DNA of 63,595 nt, the filler included, from Octopus bimaculoides (Eukaryota), in NCBI RefSeq assembly GCF_001194135.2. It is 6 parts of 6 records of this genome, joined end to end, with 100 filler letters (N's around TTAATTAATTAA, not from the genome) between each part and the next. Parts side by side here need not be neighbours in the genome. Positions count along the whole stretch, not along the records: positions 41,247 to 63,595 come from NC_068981.1; 5 more parts are not named here. One strand, written 5' to 3'. The notes below the pieces were generated by a model. The model ran no database searches. It was not told the origin of the DNA and saw nothing but the letters and a program-made list of their open reading frames with translations. Within the stretch, counting starts at the first letter, position 1. Each line of letters starts with the position of its first letter. Below are positions 49,751-60,880 of the stretch, in pieces. The translations under genes were made by a program, and so were the position numbers.

Positions 49751-51042
49751 TTCCATACATCATCCTTTAATTTATCAAAATTTCTGGCATTCACCTTTTT
49801 CAGTTATTTCTTTTGGTTTATTTTATATTTCGATTAACATACATTTCATGGAAACACCTGTTCAGCGATTTTATTTAAATAAACTATCAGTCATACAAAA
49901 GAATAAGCTTAAATAAAAATGTGCTTTTAGATCCGTTCCGAGTTGTTATCTCGCTGGAGTCGATAAAATTAATTTTATATTCAGATTAATTCAATTGATT
50001 TGCACCTTACACATACAGACAATATAATGACCTAATTTGTTTTTTTTTAAATGTATTTTTAATATACTGAACAGCATTGTATCCATTGGAACGGCTGGGC
50101 TCATTCATAGCTGTTGTTCACCTCTGATTGATCAGACTGATGATAAAAAGTTTTCCAGCCATAATCACCTCATTTTTGTTTTCAGGAAAATGCATCTAAG
50201 ACAGTTTAGCTATCTCAGACTGTTTTCACTTTCAGGAACTTTAACTGTATGTGTATGCATCTATACGCCTTTTTCATATCTAGGATTCATTATAGGACTA
50301 TTAGATCCATTCCAGTAGCTTTATTAATTACAATGGTTGACAAAAACATCGAGGAGGTGCAGGAATATACAATGAGGAATTACATTATAAGTGTGAAAAA
50401 AGTAGGGTGTAACACGGATTTGGAACATGATTCATTTGTTAATAGGAAATTTGTTCATGCAATACAATTAATGGAAATAGTAAGATGAAACCTCGTAATA
50501 TGAAATGCAGGATAAATGTCTATTCGAAATTCAACACTTGTGCTGGTTTTTACCTATCATGTTTGCTTCGATTATCCCAGATTGAATAGGTAGCCGTGAG
50601 GAAAGTTATATGGAGATTGTATTTCAAACTCGACTCAAGACACTCTGAAAGTGGCGAGAGTAGAGAATGTCATACTTGCTTCAATGTCTGCGACACTCTG
50701 AAATTGGTAGCTTTATTGGCTGTATCTTATAGCCTTTGTTCACGGAGAGTTACGGACGAGCTGTAGAACCATCACGTGAACAACAGCCTTTCATTGGATA
50801 AAATCTCGGTTGTGTACCTGATCAAACTATGAATAAATTGTGGTTTGAGATTCGTATGTGACAATACGCGGGATCGAATCCACTACTACACCAGCCTTCC
50901 TCTAGACGAGTTGTGCGGAGACAAGGGGGGGGGCGACAATAGAGAGGAAAATATGCATACACAATGAGAAAACAACATGAACAAGAGAAAGGAAATATAA
51001 ATGCAAAATGTACATTTAACAAATAAAAGACAATTGTCCATG

Positions 51043-51117
51043 GAAAAAAAAAGTTCACCGAAGAGTTCATGTTGGATGTTACATCCAACATGAACTCTTC
51101 GGTGAACTTTTTTTTTC
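51043..51117. repeat. Perfect palindrome, 37-bp arms, 1-nt spacer
   Basis: g(a)9gttcaccgaagagttcatgttggatgt-T-acatccaacatgaactcttcggtgaac(t)9c. Confidence 0.95.
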
Positions 51118-52581
51118 AACAGTTTACGTTAGTGAAAATGTTTGTCTTTTTCCTTCATTTCACTTTTGGTATTGCGATGATACTTGTATTGCGGGTGTAC
51201 ATTGATTAGAAGTGTGGCTAGTATCATTTGACCAGGTAGTGTNNNNNNNNNNNNNNNNNNNNNNNNNNNNNNNNNNNNNNNNNNNNNNNNNNNNNNNNNN
51301 NNNNNNNNNNNNNNNNNGACCCAATTTCACTCGGGTTGTAAACTCATAGCCTTAACACAGTACTCTTTGTTTGTAGTGTAATTTGACACCTTCCTTCTAG
51401 GCATGGTTAGGTAAATATTTCGTAAAGGACCCATTCGTACCTCGGTGTGAAATAATTTTTTCCACGAGGTTTTTCGAGTGCATTCAACGTATCTGACCCC
51501 CAAACCCGCTGCACGCCACTTTTTTCCCGAAATGGAAGTGGGGAGGGGGGGAGATACCTCGGAGTTTTCCACCAACAGGGTTTTTGTTTTTCTTTTCCTG
51601 GTTATTTCGCATACTTTCAACGAATGTGACATCGAAATCACGCGTAAACGGCTCCTTTTCCCCAGAAAAGGAAGATTTTGTTATTTCTAGCACGCCCTAC
51701 TACCACGTAACAGTTATTTGTGATGAAGGACCCACCGATATAATTTTTTGACCCCGCCCCAACTTTCCTTTCCGAGTAAATGACTGTTTGGTCCAATGAA
51801 TGACAGTCTTTGTAGGCAAATATTTGATGACATAAATGAGGTAAAATAGCCATAAAAAAGTGGGTACAGCAGTGTGTACCTAAACTTTTTCAAAGTGTAT
51901 TCAAGGGGTGGGTTCCAGGATGACACAAAGCCATTACTTGTGTGAAAACTATGATGAGTTGTAGCTTTCCATAGAGAAAGAGTTACTCTACCAATATGCG
52001 CAATTTGAATGACTTATGTTGATTAATAAAAAAAGTTATGTCCTGCATTATTTTCGGGACAACCCACATAATTTGAAATAAACAAAATTATGAGAAGGTT
52101 GGTTTAGATGTAGCAGCATAGATCTTTTTATCACAGCCATGTAAATCTTATTTAACTTCACTTTCACTATGATATGAATTTAGGCACAAAACCCGTAAGC
52201 TTTTATTTTCTTTAGTATCGCAATTAGCGAAGAATATCCTCGCTGGATACAGGTTTCGAACGGGCCAGAACTAGTTCACTGCATTTCTAATGGCGAGAGT
52301 AACAAAGACGTGTTTGTAACTCGATGTTAAGGTCTTTCTTCGAAGAGCATAAAGTTTTTCGCTGATATTTTTTACATATATACTTCATCTTTTAGCGAAA
52401 GACATGCACACCCCGCCCAACTCATTAACACAGATTGTTGGGTTGACTGTATTTTATTTCAAGTGTTACTATCAGTAAATAAATCAACTGAGTAGTCAAA
52501 GTTCTTTCGTCAAAGCTGACCTTATCGATTACGATATTCCTCCAAATCACTTTCTGTATTAGAACTCACTCCTTGCTCCGT

Positions 52582-52621
<40 letters not shown>

Positions 52622-54445
52622 GTGTGTACCTGTGGTACGGAAATTCATAAAATGGCATATATGTTATGAAAGTGGACGTGCATGCACAACTTTGTGTCTA
52701 TTATGTCAGTGTGTGTGTGTGTATACGTGTGTACGTATGGATATCTATACACGCAGGCGTATAGATATCCATACAATTCTCGCTGATAAGAATGAAGTTT
52801 CTAAAATGAATAGAGAAATTTGAAGGATTGCTTTGGTCCAATGGTAGAACGACTCTCATGTTTACAAGAGATGCGGGTTTGAGTCTTACGGGCTGGCTTC
52901 AACTTTCAATAGACTTTAATTTCATGATACGTGTCTCTTCGCCATTTTGATACAGTTTGATGCCTGAATACCTTCCTCGCTCAGAAACTAAATTGGTGTG
53001 AAATGGTTTAATCGGCGACAACGGCACAGGTTGTACAATGAGCTTCTGAACGGTTTTTGTCTACCAGATTCCACTCGCAGGGTATAGTAAAACATTTGCC
53101 CAAGGTTCAGCGCAGTAGGATCGAACCCGAAACCTTGTTGTTGCCAGGCGAACTTGTTAACCATTTAAAGATAGCGAATCAAATTACGCCCTTATTGTAT
53201 GAATTGATACGAAATATAGGTCAGTATTATTTGTTTAGAAGCGATTAATTTGACGAAAGAAAATTAAATATAATTATGCCACATTGTTTCCATGTAAATG
53301 TAAAATTTCTCTGTGTAAATAAATGGCCGAGAGAAAATTAAAGGAAATAATAGCGATAATTTTTTTTTCATGCGATATTCCCGCACAATGTAAACAAAAT
53401 CGAAATTTTTCACCTAAATGAATATTTCAACGACGGAGCGAGTATTATTGAAGTTTTTGCTATTTAATCACGTATAAAAAAATGCAACTGATAGCACATT
53501 TAATTGTTTCTTATCAGTTAATCTCCTGTGAGTATACAACAAAACAGAACCGAGTAGATTGTAATCGGGTGTACAAGTGATGTGTAACACCGATAAAATC
53601 TCTCAAAGTTCATTTGGTTATAAAAATAAAGTCAAGTTGGCAAAAGATTAAATTTGTTTACGACAAATTGACCCCTGGAGCATTACCACCAAAGTTATCA
53701 GAAAGAGAAAAAAAATCCGAACGTAAAAATAGAAAGTAAGATATCTCACATTTCTCGGGGAACTGACTGATTATGTTTGTAACTTCTATTTTTAATTATT
53801 TTAAACTTATTCTATATGGAATGTTGCTGATTCCTATGAAATAATATTGCGTCATTTGATTTTAGAAGTCAATGACTATATATAATTACATGCTAAACTT
53901 TAAGAAAGCCTTGCATTTTTTTTTTCACATATAAAGTGAATTTTCAAATTAACTCGAGTTCTTTTCTGTTCTGGGAGCTTAAACTTTAGAAGACTGTTGC
54001 TTAGACCGTAATAATTAATCCAAAAACACCAATGAACAAAGGTACAAATGTAAATTTTTAATCTGAATAAAAATATAGGGTTCGAAGTAATTATCCAAAA
54101 ATGTATTTTTTACGTGTTTTAACTGAAATATTTATATCCACTGAGCAACTAATGTCCATGCTAATACACAATACCCACGGTTTTTTTTTTTATCTCAGAT
54201 ATCTACATCAGGTCTCAGAGCCGTTTTAGCAGCATTATAGGCCTTCGAGTAGATCAACGCAATGACCCTTATAGAATTTATTGACAGCAAGCCATAACCT
54301 ACATAGATGAGAATTGTGTCACTAGACCCGTGAGGCCTCCTGGCAATTGCCCAGCGTGCCCTTGCCCTTAAGACAGCATTGCCATGCCTGTTTCGATGAA
54401 AATATTCCATCAATGTCTTCTACTGATATGTGATAAGAGTGAATG

Positions 54446-54486
<41 letters not shown>

Positions 54487-54997
54487 CATACATACATATA
54501 CATTATATATATGAGAGAGAGAGAGCGAGAGAGAGAGAGAAAATATTGTTTAATTCTGTATAAAAATGTCTACTATTTCTGTTGCTTAACTCTGGATTAA
54601 GACTAGAGAAACCGTATATGTTTGAGAATTGACACATCACAATTTCGATGTTATATAATCTTGTTACATTCAATATAGTTAAGTTTACATGTCTGGTCAG
54701 GCTGTGTACAATCTATAGCTAACAGATTATTATCATTGGGTGATACAGAATTTTATGAATACCAAGAAATTATTGTAATACACCAAATAGCAAATGAATA
54801 ACGTTTATATAAGCATAATTAATTATATTTGCTATAAAATAATTGTATATTTTAACTATTAGTTACTGTTAAATAGGTTAGTTCCCAAAAAAGCATACAG
54901 CTACAGAGAAAATTAATATCATAAAGCCACTCTCAAGCAATACTCAATAAGGATTTCATTAAAATATAAAAAATATCATTGTTAATGTGCTTAAAAA

Positions 54998-55195
54998 GGG
55001 CGGCAAGCTGGCAGAATCGTTAGCACGCCGGCCAAAATGCTTAGCGGCATTTCGTTCTGAGCTCAAATTCCGCCGAGGTCGACTTTGACTTTCGGAGACG
55101 ATAAAATAAGCACCAGCTGAGTACTGGAGGTCGATGTAATCGACTTGCCCTCTCCCCCGAACTTACTGACCTTGTGCCAAAATTCGAAAACATTA
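54998..55195 (+). mobile_element. tRNA-derived SINE family C
   Basis: ggcggcaagctggcagaatcgttagc...caaattccgccgaggtcgacttt...ggtcgatgtaatcgactt...ccttgtgccaaaatt. Confidence 0.85.
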
Positions 55196-56489
55196 TTAAT
55201 GCAGTTAATCAGCTTACAGACATCCACAATACATTAAGAACTCTATAACTATACTACCTCATTAAAACTTTTTTTTTTAATGCTAACACTATATATCATG
55301 GCAAACTTAAACATTTTTAATTGAATTCTTACCGAGAACTGATTATAATTGTATATTCCTTGTGGTTGTATATACATGTTTCGTCTAATCCACTATCCTG
55401 CATATTTTGTGTGGTCGCAAACAGAGAAGAGATGCATTATTGCCACGTTATGGAGGATAAAGTATTGCAATATCAGTTTACAAGTTGAGTGTTCATAACA
55501 GCTACAGGTATTTTGTTGTATGTCTTGAATTATATCAGCATCTTAAACTAAGTGTCTTGAACTATAATAGTAGTCTATTACCATTTATATCAGTCAACAT
55601 GAACTTTTCCACCGAGTGAAACAGTGAACCAAGATTTTTAGCATTTAAATGTGAAAAGTAGCTTAACATGGCTTCCAGACAACCGCCTCGTGAATCTGGC
55701 CGTTCCATATAATATTGTTGCTAATCAGTTCACTCAGTTTCATGTTTGTAGTATTGACCGATAGTATCAGTGTCAAAAAATAAGACACATGTAGGTAAAT
55801 GTTATTGTAATCCTGTAGAATATTGAGCATGTCCATTGCAAATTCGAACCATTACCTAGGTGACATGATCTATGACATCAAGTGTAGAGTTAACAAAAAA
55901 AAACAAAGCAAAGCAAAGCAAACGACATAAATTACATATTTAGACCAATAAATCTGAAACCTGTTGACGCAGTTTTTAACATATTGCCACGAAACAAAGT
56001 TGTAGACATTTAACGTCGGGCGGCTACTCAGAGTATTTGGTATTCGATGGAGCAATTTAGTGCCCATCAAAGGAATCGAAGAACAGTTGTAACATTCACG
56101 ATTTGCTGAATAGTTTGCAGCAGGCAAGGTTACATCTAAAGAATTCATGTTAGATCTATCACTGTGGTATTGCATGCATTGGAAGGTTAAAAATTAATTG
56201 TAATGAAACAAGTTCCCTGCTCTCTTTAAGAATTGGAGTTACTTTGAGTATGGCTACATTCTCGGACTTGTCAAAATATGCAAGTAACAAAATTTGAGTT
56301 TGATGCTAATAATGTTGATATAGAAACATTCATAGAAAACATAGATTATTTATGCCATATTATAAAATTATTCCAAGGTGCATATTATACATGCAAGTGA
56401 TGTGAAATATTATAATATTGTCATATGAAATAATGTATCTTAATATCAGTACCGCTGCCGTAGTCTCCTTTAGAGAGACTTAGAAATAT

Positions 56490-56632
56490 TAATATTTCTT
56501 TACATTCGACGGATAGTTGTCGTCATCTTGTTTGTTGTTAACAGAACGTTTCGGCTGATATACCCTCCAGCCTTCTTCAGGTGTCTTGGGAAAATTTCGA
56601 ACCTGGATTCTCATTCCTAAGGTATTTTTCGA

Positions 56633-56679
<47 letters not shown>

Positions 56680-56724
56680 GTGTTCGGGTCACTGCTTGGA
56701 ATCGAACCCGGAATCTTGGGGTTA
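56490..56724 (-). mobile_element. tRNA-SINE head (B-box) + (TAA)n + hammerhead-containing tail
   Basis: B-box GGTTCGATTCC (56708-56698) in the same head as 16935-17036, TAA run, then a unit containing a hammerhead core. Confidence 0.75.
56540..56585 (-). ncRNA. Minimal type-I hammerhead ribozyme motif
   Basis: gacac-CTGAAGA-A-GGCTG(gagggtatat)CAGCC-GAAA-CGTT-ctgtt. Palindromic stem III AACGTT. First stem I pair mutated. Confidence 0.7.
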
Positions 56725-56726
56725 AA

Positions 56727-56727
56727 C

Positions 56728-56759
<32 letters not shown>

Positions 56760-56910
56760 TATAAAAATACCTTAGGAATGAGAACCCAGGTTCGAAAGTT
56801 TCCCAAGACACCTGAAGAAGGCTGGAGGGTATATCAACCGAAAAGTTGTGTTAATAACAAACAAGATGAGGACAAATATCCGTCGAATGTAAATAATGTA
56901 CAGAATTCCT
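56727..56910 (+). mobile_element. Inverted second copy of the (TAA)n + hammerhead unit
   Basis: aacat..aaaataccttaggaatgagaa.ccaggttcgaa...cgtcgaatgtaaa, mirroring 56490-56635. Confidence 0.8.
56807..56852 (+). ncRNA. Minimal type-I hammerhead ribozyme motif
   Basis: GACAC-CTGAAGA-A-GGCTG(..)CAACC-GAAA-aGTT-GTGTT. Stem I intact, one stem II and one stem III substitution. Confidence 0.65.
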
Positions 56911-59358
56911 CATCTCTTAAATATAGACCTGTATTAATATTTCTATTTTTAAATAATGTATCATTTGACCAGAAATAATATATCAATAATGTCCCTGTTT
57001 GACCAGGATATAGTAAATAAAACAACGTTGCAAACAATGCCTCAGTCTACTGGTGTATTCCTTATTCACGGTGCAGTCTTGTATAACAGAAATAACCTTG
57101 TAGATTATACTATGTTAAAAACAATCTAATAGATTATATAGTTTCACAGAATTATTCCAGCAAACAAAATGAATTCAAAACTATTCATTTCAAAATCATT
57201 TTGAGAAAACAAGTAAGTGGTTAAATTTATCAGATTTATCACCTAAAATAATATATTGTAAATTTGATGCTCCTTTAGAAACGTGCCTCTCCAAGAAAAT
57301 GAAATGCAATTAAAAAAAAAGTTATGAAAATGGAAAACATATACAAAATAAATGACGTATGCAAAAAATTAGAAAGATTCGCCCATTTTAGATATTTGAT
57401 ACTAAAAAATAAAACAAACGGAAAACGAACACTCGCGAATAAAAACGAACATGTCGGATGATACAAGGAGAGGTAATTTACTTTTATCAGTCAGGTGTTA
57501 TTTAATGATACGAGGGGCCAAATAGCTACTGAGTTATAAGTTCTGTAATTTATTTTCTCTGTAAACTGAAAACAAAACTAAGAATAACAAAACTTGAATA
57601 CGTCTTAAACATATTTACTCAATTGTTTTATAATTATTTCTGTCCTATATCACATAAAATGGGCGAAGGTTAAGTGAGTGCACACCATGTAACCCTAACC
57701 CTAAAACTAACCCCAACGAGTGTGCACAGTAAAAAAAAAATCTGATTAAAAACAATCAAGAATTTGCAAACGATACTGTCGGGCTTCTCGTATCATTAAT
57801 AATACCTGACTGGAAGGCGCGTTTCTAAATTTACAAGAAGAGTGAATTCCTCTAGTTGTTGACTCTTTCTTGTATACGTTTATATGTTCTTTTCACATCT
57901 ATCTTATTCCTTATAATTTCTTTTAAATAAGCACCAGGATGATTTTTGCAGTGGTGGTCTTGAATTGACTAAACGTCAATCAGGCATGGGTAACCCATTT
58001 TCGAGAAGAGGGCCACATGAAACATGACTCATCATAAGGCGGGCCGCACTATTAAAAATTCAAGGTAATCTTTCGTTAGGCTGTGCCACACATAAAATAC
58101 CGCAGGCCTCCTATGACTAGTATAAACGCCACTGATTTATCTATCCCGAAACGATGACGAGCAAATTAAACTCCAGCGTGATGTGAATTCAAAATGTGAA
58201 TTCAAAACCAAGACATAAAACTATGTTCGACAAATAATTTAGTCCGACGACCTTACTATCTGTGCCATATGCAACACTGTTTTATTATTGAGGACATGAT
58301 TGCATGTGTTTAATTTCCTGTGTCTAGACACAACTTCCTATGGTTTAAATGAGGGAAATGAGATATGTGAAGCTCGTGTAATATAATTGTTTCATTCGGA
58401 AATCTAGACTGGGCTGCAAACTCAGTCCCTCCTGCAGTTGGCCCCTTTGTCTACACCCTATACTATATGTATACAGACATTTTTAAAACCTAAAACTATA
58501 TGTTTATAAAAGTGGATGGAAATGTGTGAGGTCCCTGCTCTCTTCAAGCTCTTTAGTTGTATAAATAAAATGAATATCACTCGCGAATCGCAAGAGTTCA
58601 CGGAATTTACCTAATTCTTTTTGGTGCTCATATCGAGATTATGTATTAAGATTATTAATAAAGTATATCTTATAGGAGGGATATGGTCGGCTGGATAAAA
58701 CATTAAATTACTTACTCATAAGTTAAGTGTCAATCTAATGCAGTCGTTTCATCGTATTTCTTGGCCGAATGTTTTATTTTACATTGCTTTTATTGGTTCA
58801 GCTCACTATTTGTGACAGCTAACAGTTCCATGTCATAGACCGGCGTCCTACCGAATGAAGAAATTAATCTTTTCTCTACGAAACGCCACGAGGCTAGACT
58901 TAAACGCCAGTCTTTGCATTTCTGTTCTTTAAAGATTTCCGTCCGTTGGTTAGTATTATCTATTTTTCTTTTCATTAGAGCCATCAACTAATCATTCAAA
59001 TAAAACTAACCTTTATTTTTAGTAGTCCTGACCGTGTTCAACCACTTTTCTTCTTCTTTTTCTTCCTTTAAAGGCTCTCATTTTCTTATCTAATCGAAAT
59101 GAAACTGATTTACTATTTGGTGAGGAAGTCTCATATCTTCAGATACGCAAACTGCCGCAGCTTTGCAATATTCTGCAGAACTGCAAGACGATGAAGCATG
59201 TCCCGGATATTACAGTAGGAAACGAGTGACATCATTGTAAATGACTGAAAGAATTCGTTTATTCTGAAATATGTTACAATAACATTTTTCATCCCATCTC
59301 AATTATGGTCATTGTGTTGTTATAAAACCTAGCGTCTAGCATTAAAAACAGTTTAATA

Positions 59359-59775
59359 ATGTTCAAACTAATTAAAGAACTGTTTGTATTGATACAAACA
59401 ATGGCCATTCTGTTATTTTCTGAGGAAATACCGAATAAGTACAAAAATATCCCGGAGTGTTACTTAAACTGCAGTTTTGAAGATCGTAAAATGCCATCTA
59501 AAAATGATTTCAATAAATTAACCTGGAGTCATCCGAAACAAGATATTGTGAAGGTTAATCAAAATCAGATTAGTTCCAAGGATGGAATTGCAAATGAATC
59601 AATGCATAATCCAAAAAGTAAGTTTATGGAAGTCCCACGGAGACTTTATCATACTCCACAGATATACTTAAAAAGAAGAAAGCGTGATGCTGAAATAAAT
59701 ATTTACAAAGTAGCTGCTTTGTTAGCAAGACACAAATACACAGGAACTGATCCACGTCGTTTAAGCTTGGTTAAG
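59359..59775 (+). CDS. Putative first coding exon of a secreted precursor (signal-like N-terminus, RRKR site)
   Basis: Non-repetitive 139-codon frame in AT-rich DNA, ATG start, hydrophobic LFVLIQTMAILLFS, KRRKR|DA (RRKR at 59674-59685), strong phase-0 donor AAG|GTAAGG at 59775/59776. Confidence 0.6.
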
Positions 59776-60880
59776 GTAAGGATAATTATAACATTTTTAA
59801 GAAGTAGTATTATAAAGAAAGCCAAAAATATTTTAGATTGTTCCATATAAGTGTAAAATATATTATTATTTAGAGCCTCGTAAAAGGAATAAAAGGAATT
59901 TTTCTACTTTACCAACGAAATAAAAAAATTGCTCTATTTGTATTGTGTAAATAGATTTTTAACGCTGGTCTATAAGAAAATTGCTGTTCACTGCTAAGTA
60001 TGGCAAATATTGATAATTTATCAGGAACGCAAAAAACGAAAATGTTTGAGAAGAAAAGATAAACGTAGCCAATCAACTTGAAATAGAAATGTAGGGGTTA
60101 GCCAAAATGGCTTTAAAATTCAATTTTAGAATTCTATCTTTGAATTTAGTAAAGCATAAAAGATTCTAGGTGTGTTTAGTCGTTAGTCCTTATCAGACAT
60201 TTGAAGGAGATTCATTTGCTGGATGCAGATGAGAGGGTACTGGATTCAGACAAAGCTCAAGACAGAGTCCCACCTCCCAACATGTTTTCTTTTATTTTAT
60301 ATTTTTGTAACGGTTGGTATTCGTTACAGTTGAAGGTCACCAATTGTAACGATGTTTGCTGTTAAGGTGTTGGTATGCAAGATGGAAGAAGAACAGTGAT
60401 TGAAGTTGTAAAGAGATTTTTATTTACCGTTACTTTGTATATATTCAAAACCACGACGGGTTGGCATGTATAATTAGTAAATGGAAAAGCATGCAAGGTA
60501 AAAAGATTTCATTTCGGCCGGGCTGTGTACACGATCTCATAGTTGTATATATAGAGAGATATGGTAATGTTACAGACTAAGAAAGTGAGTTAGTGAAAGT
60601 TATAGAGTCGAAGGAAGTTGTCTCATAGTTGGCTGGTTGTAACCTTCTGGCTATTTGTCTTTAGTGGCTGCCTGCTTGTAGACTCAAGTTGTCCGTTCAC
60701 TAACTAATTTCTTTATAGCCAATACATGGCTCACATAGAGGGAACAGCACAAGGACAAAACAAACACATTTAGGGACTGGGGTTATACATTAGTTAGTCG
60801 GGGTAAAAATCGAGTATAATGAAATCGAAATGGTGAATCAATGAATTGCAATGAATTAAAAATTAAATGATAATATATAG

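Noticed and set aside
55870-56175. 101-aa ORF with RECYNCSS as a Ly6-like exon
   Set aside because: Too few further Cys and a weak donor. No family pattern is supported.
57685-57720. taaccctaaccctaaaactaacccc as an interstitial telomere
   Set aside because: Only about two canonical units, more likely part of a small repeat.
60345-60574. TGTAAC...GTTACA as a solo LTR
   Set aside because: Flanks (ccaat / gacta) form no TSD, and a similar short inverted word occurs nearby at ~60306-60328.
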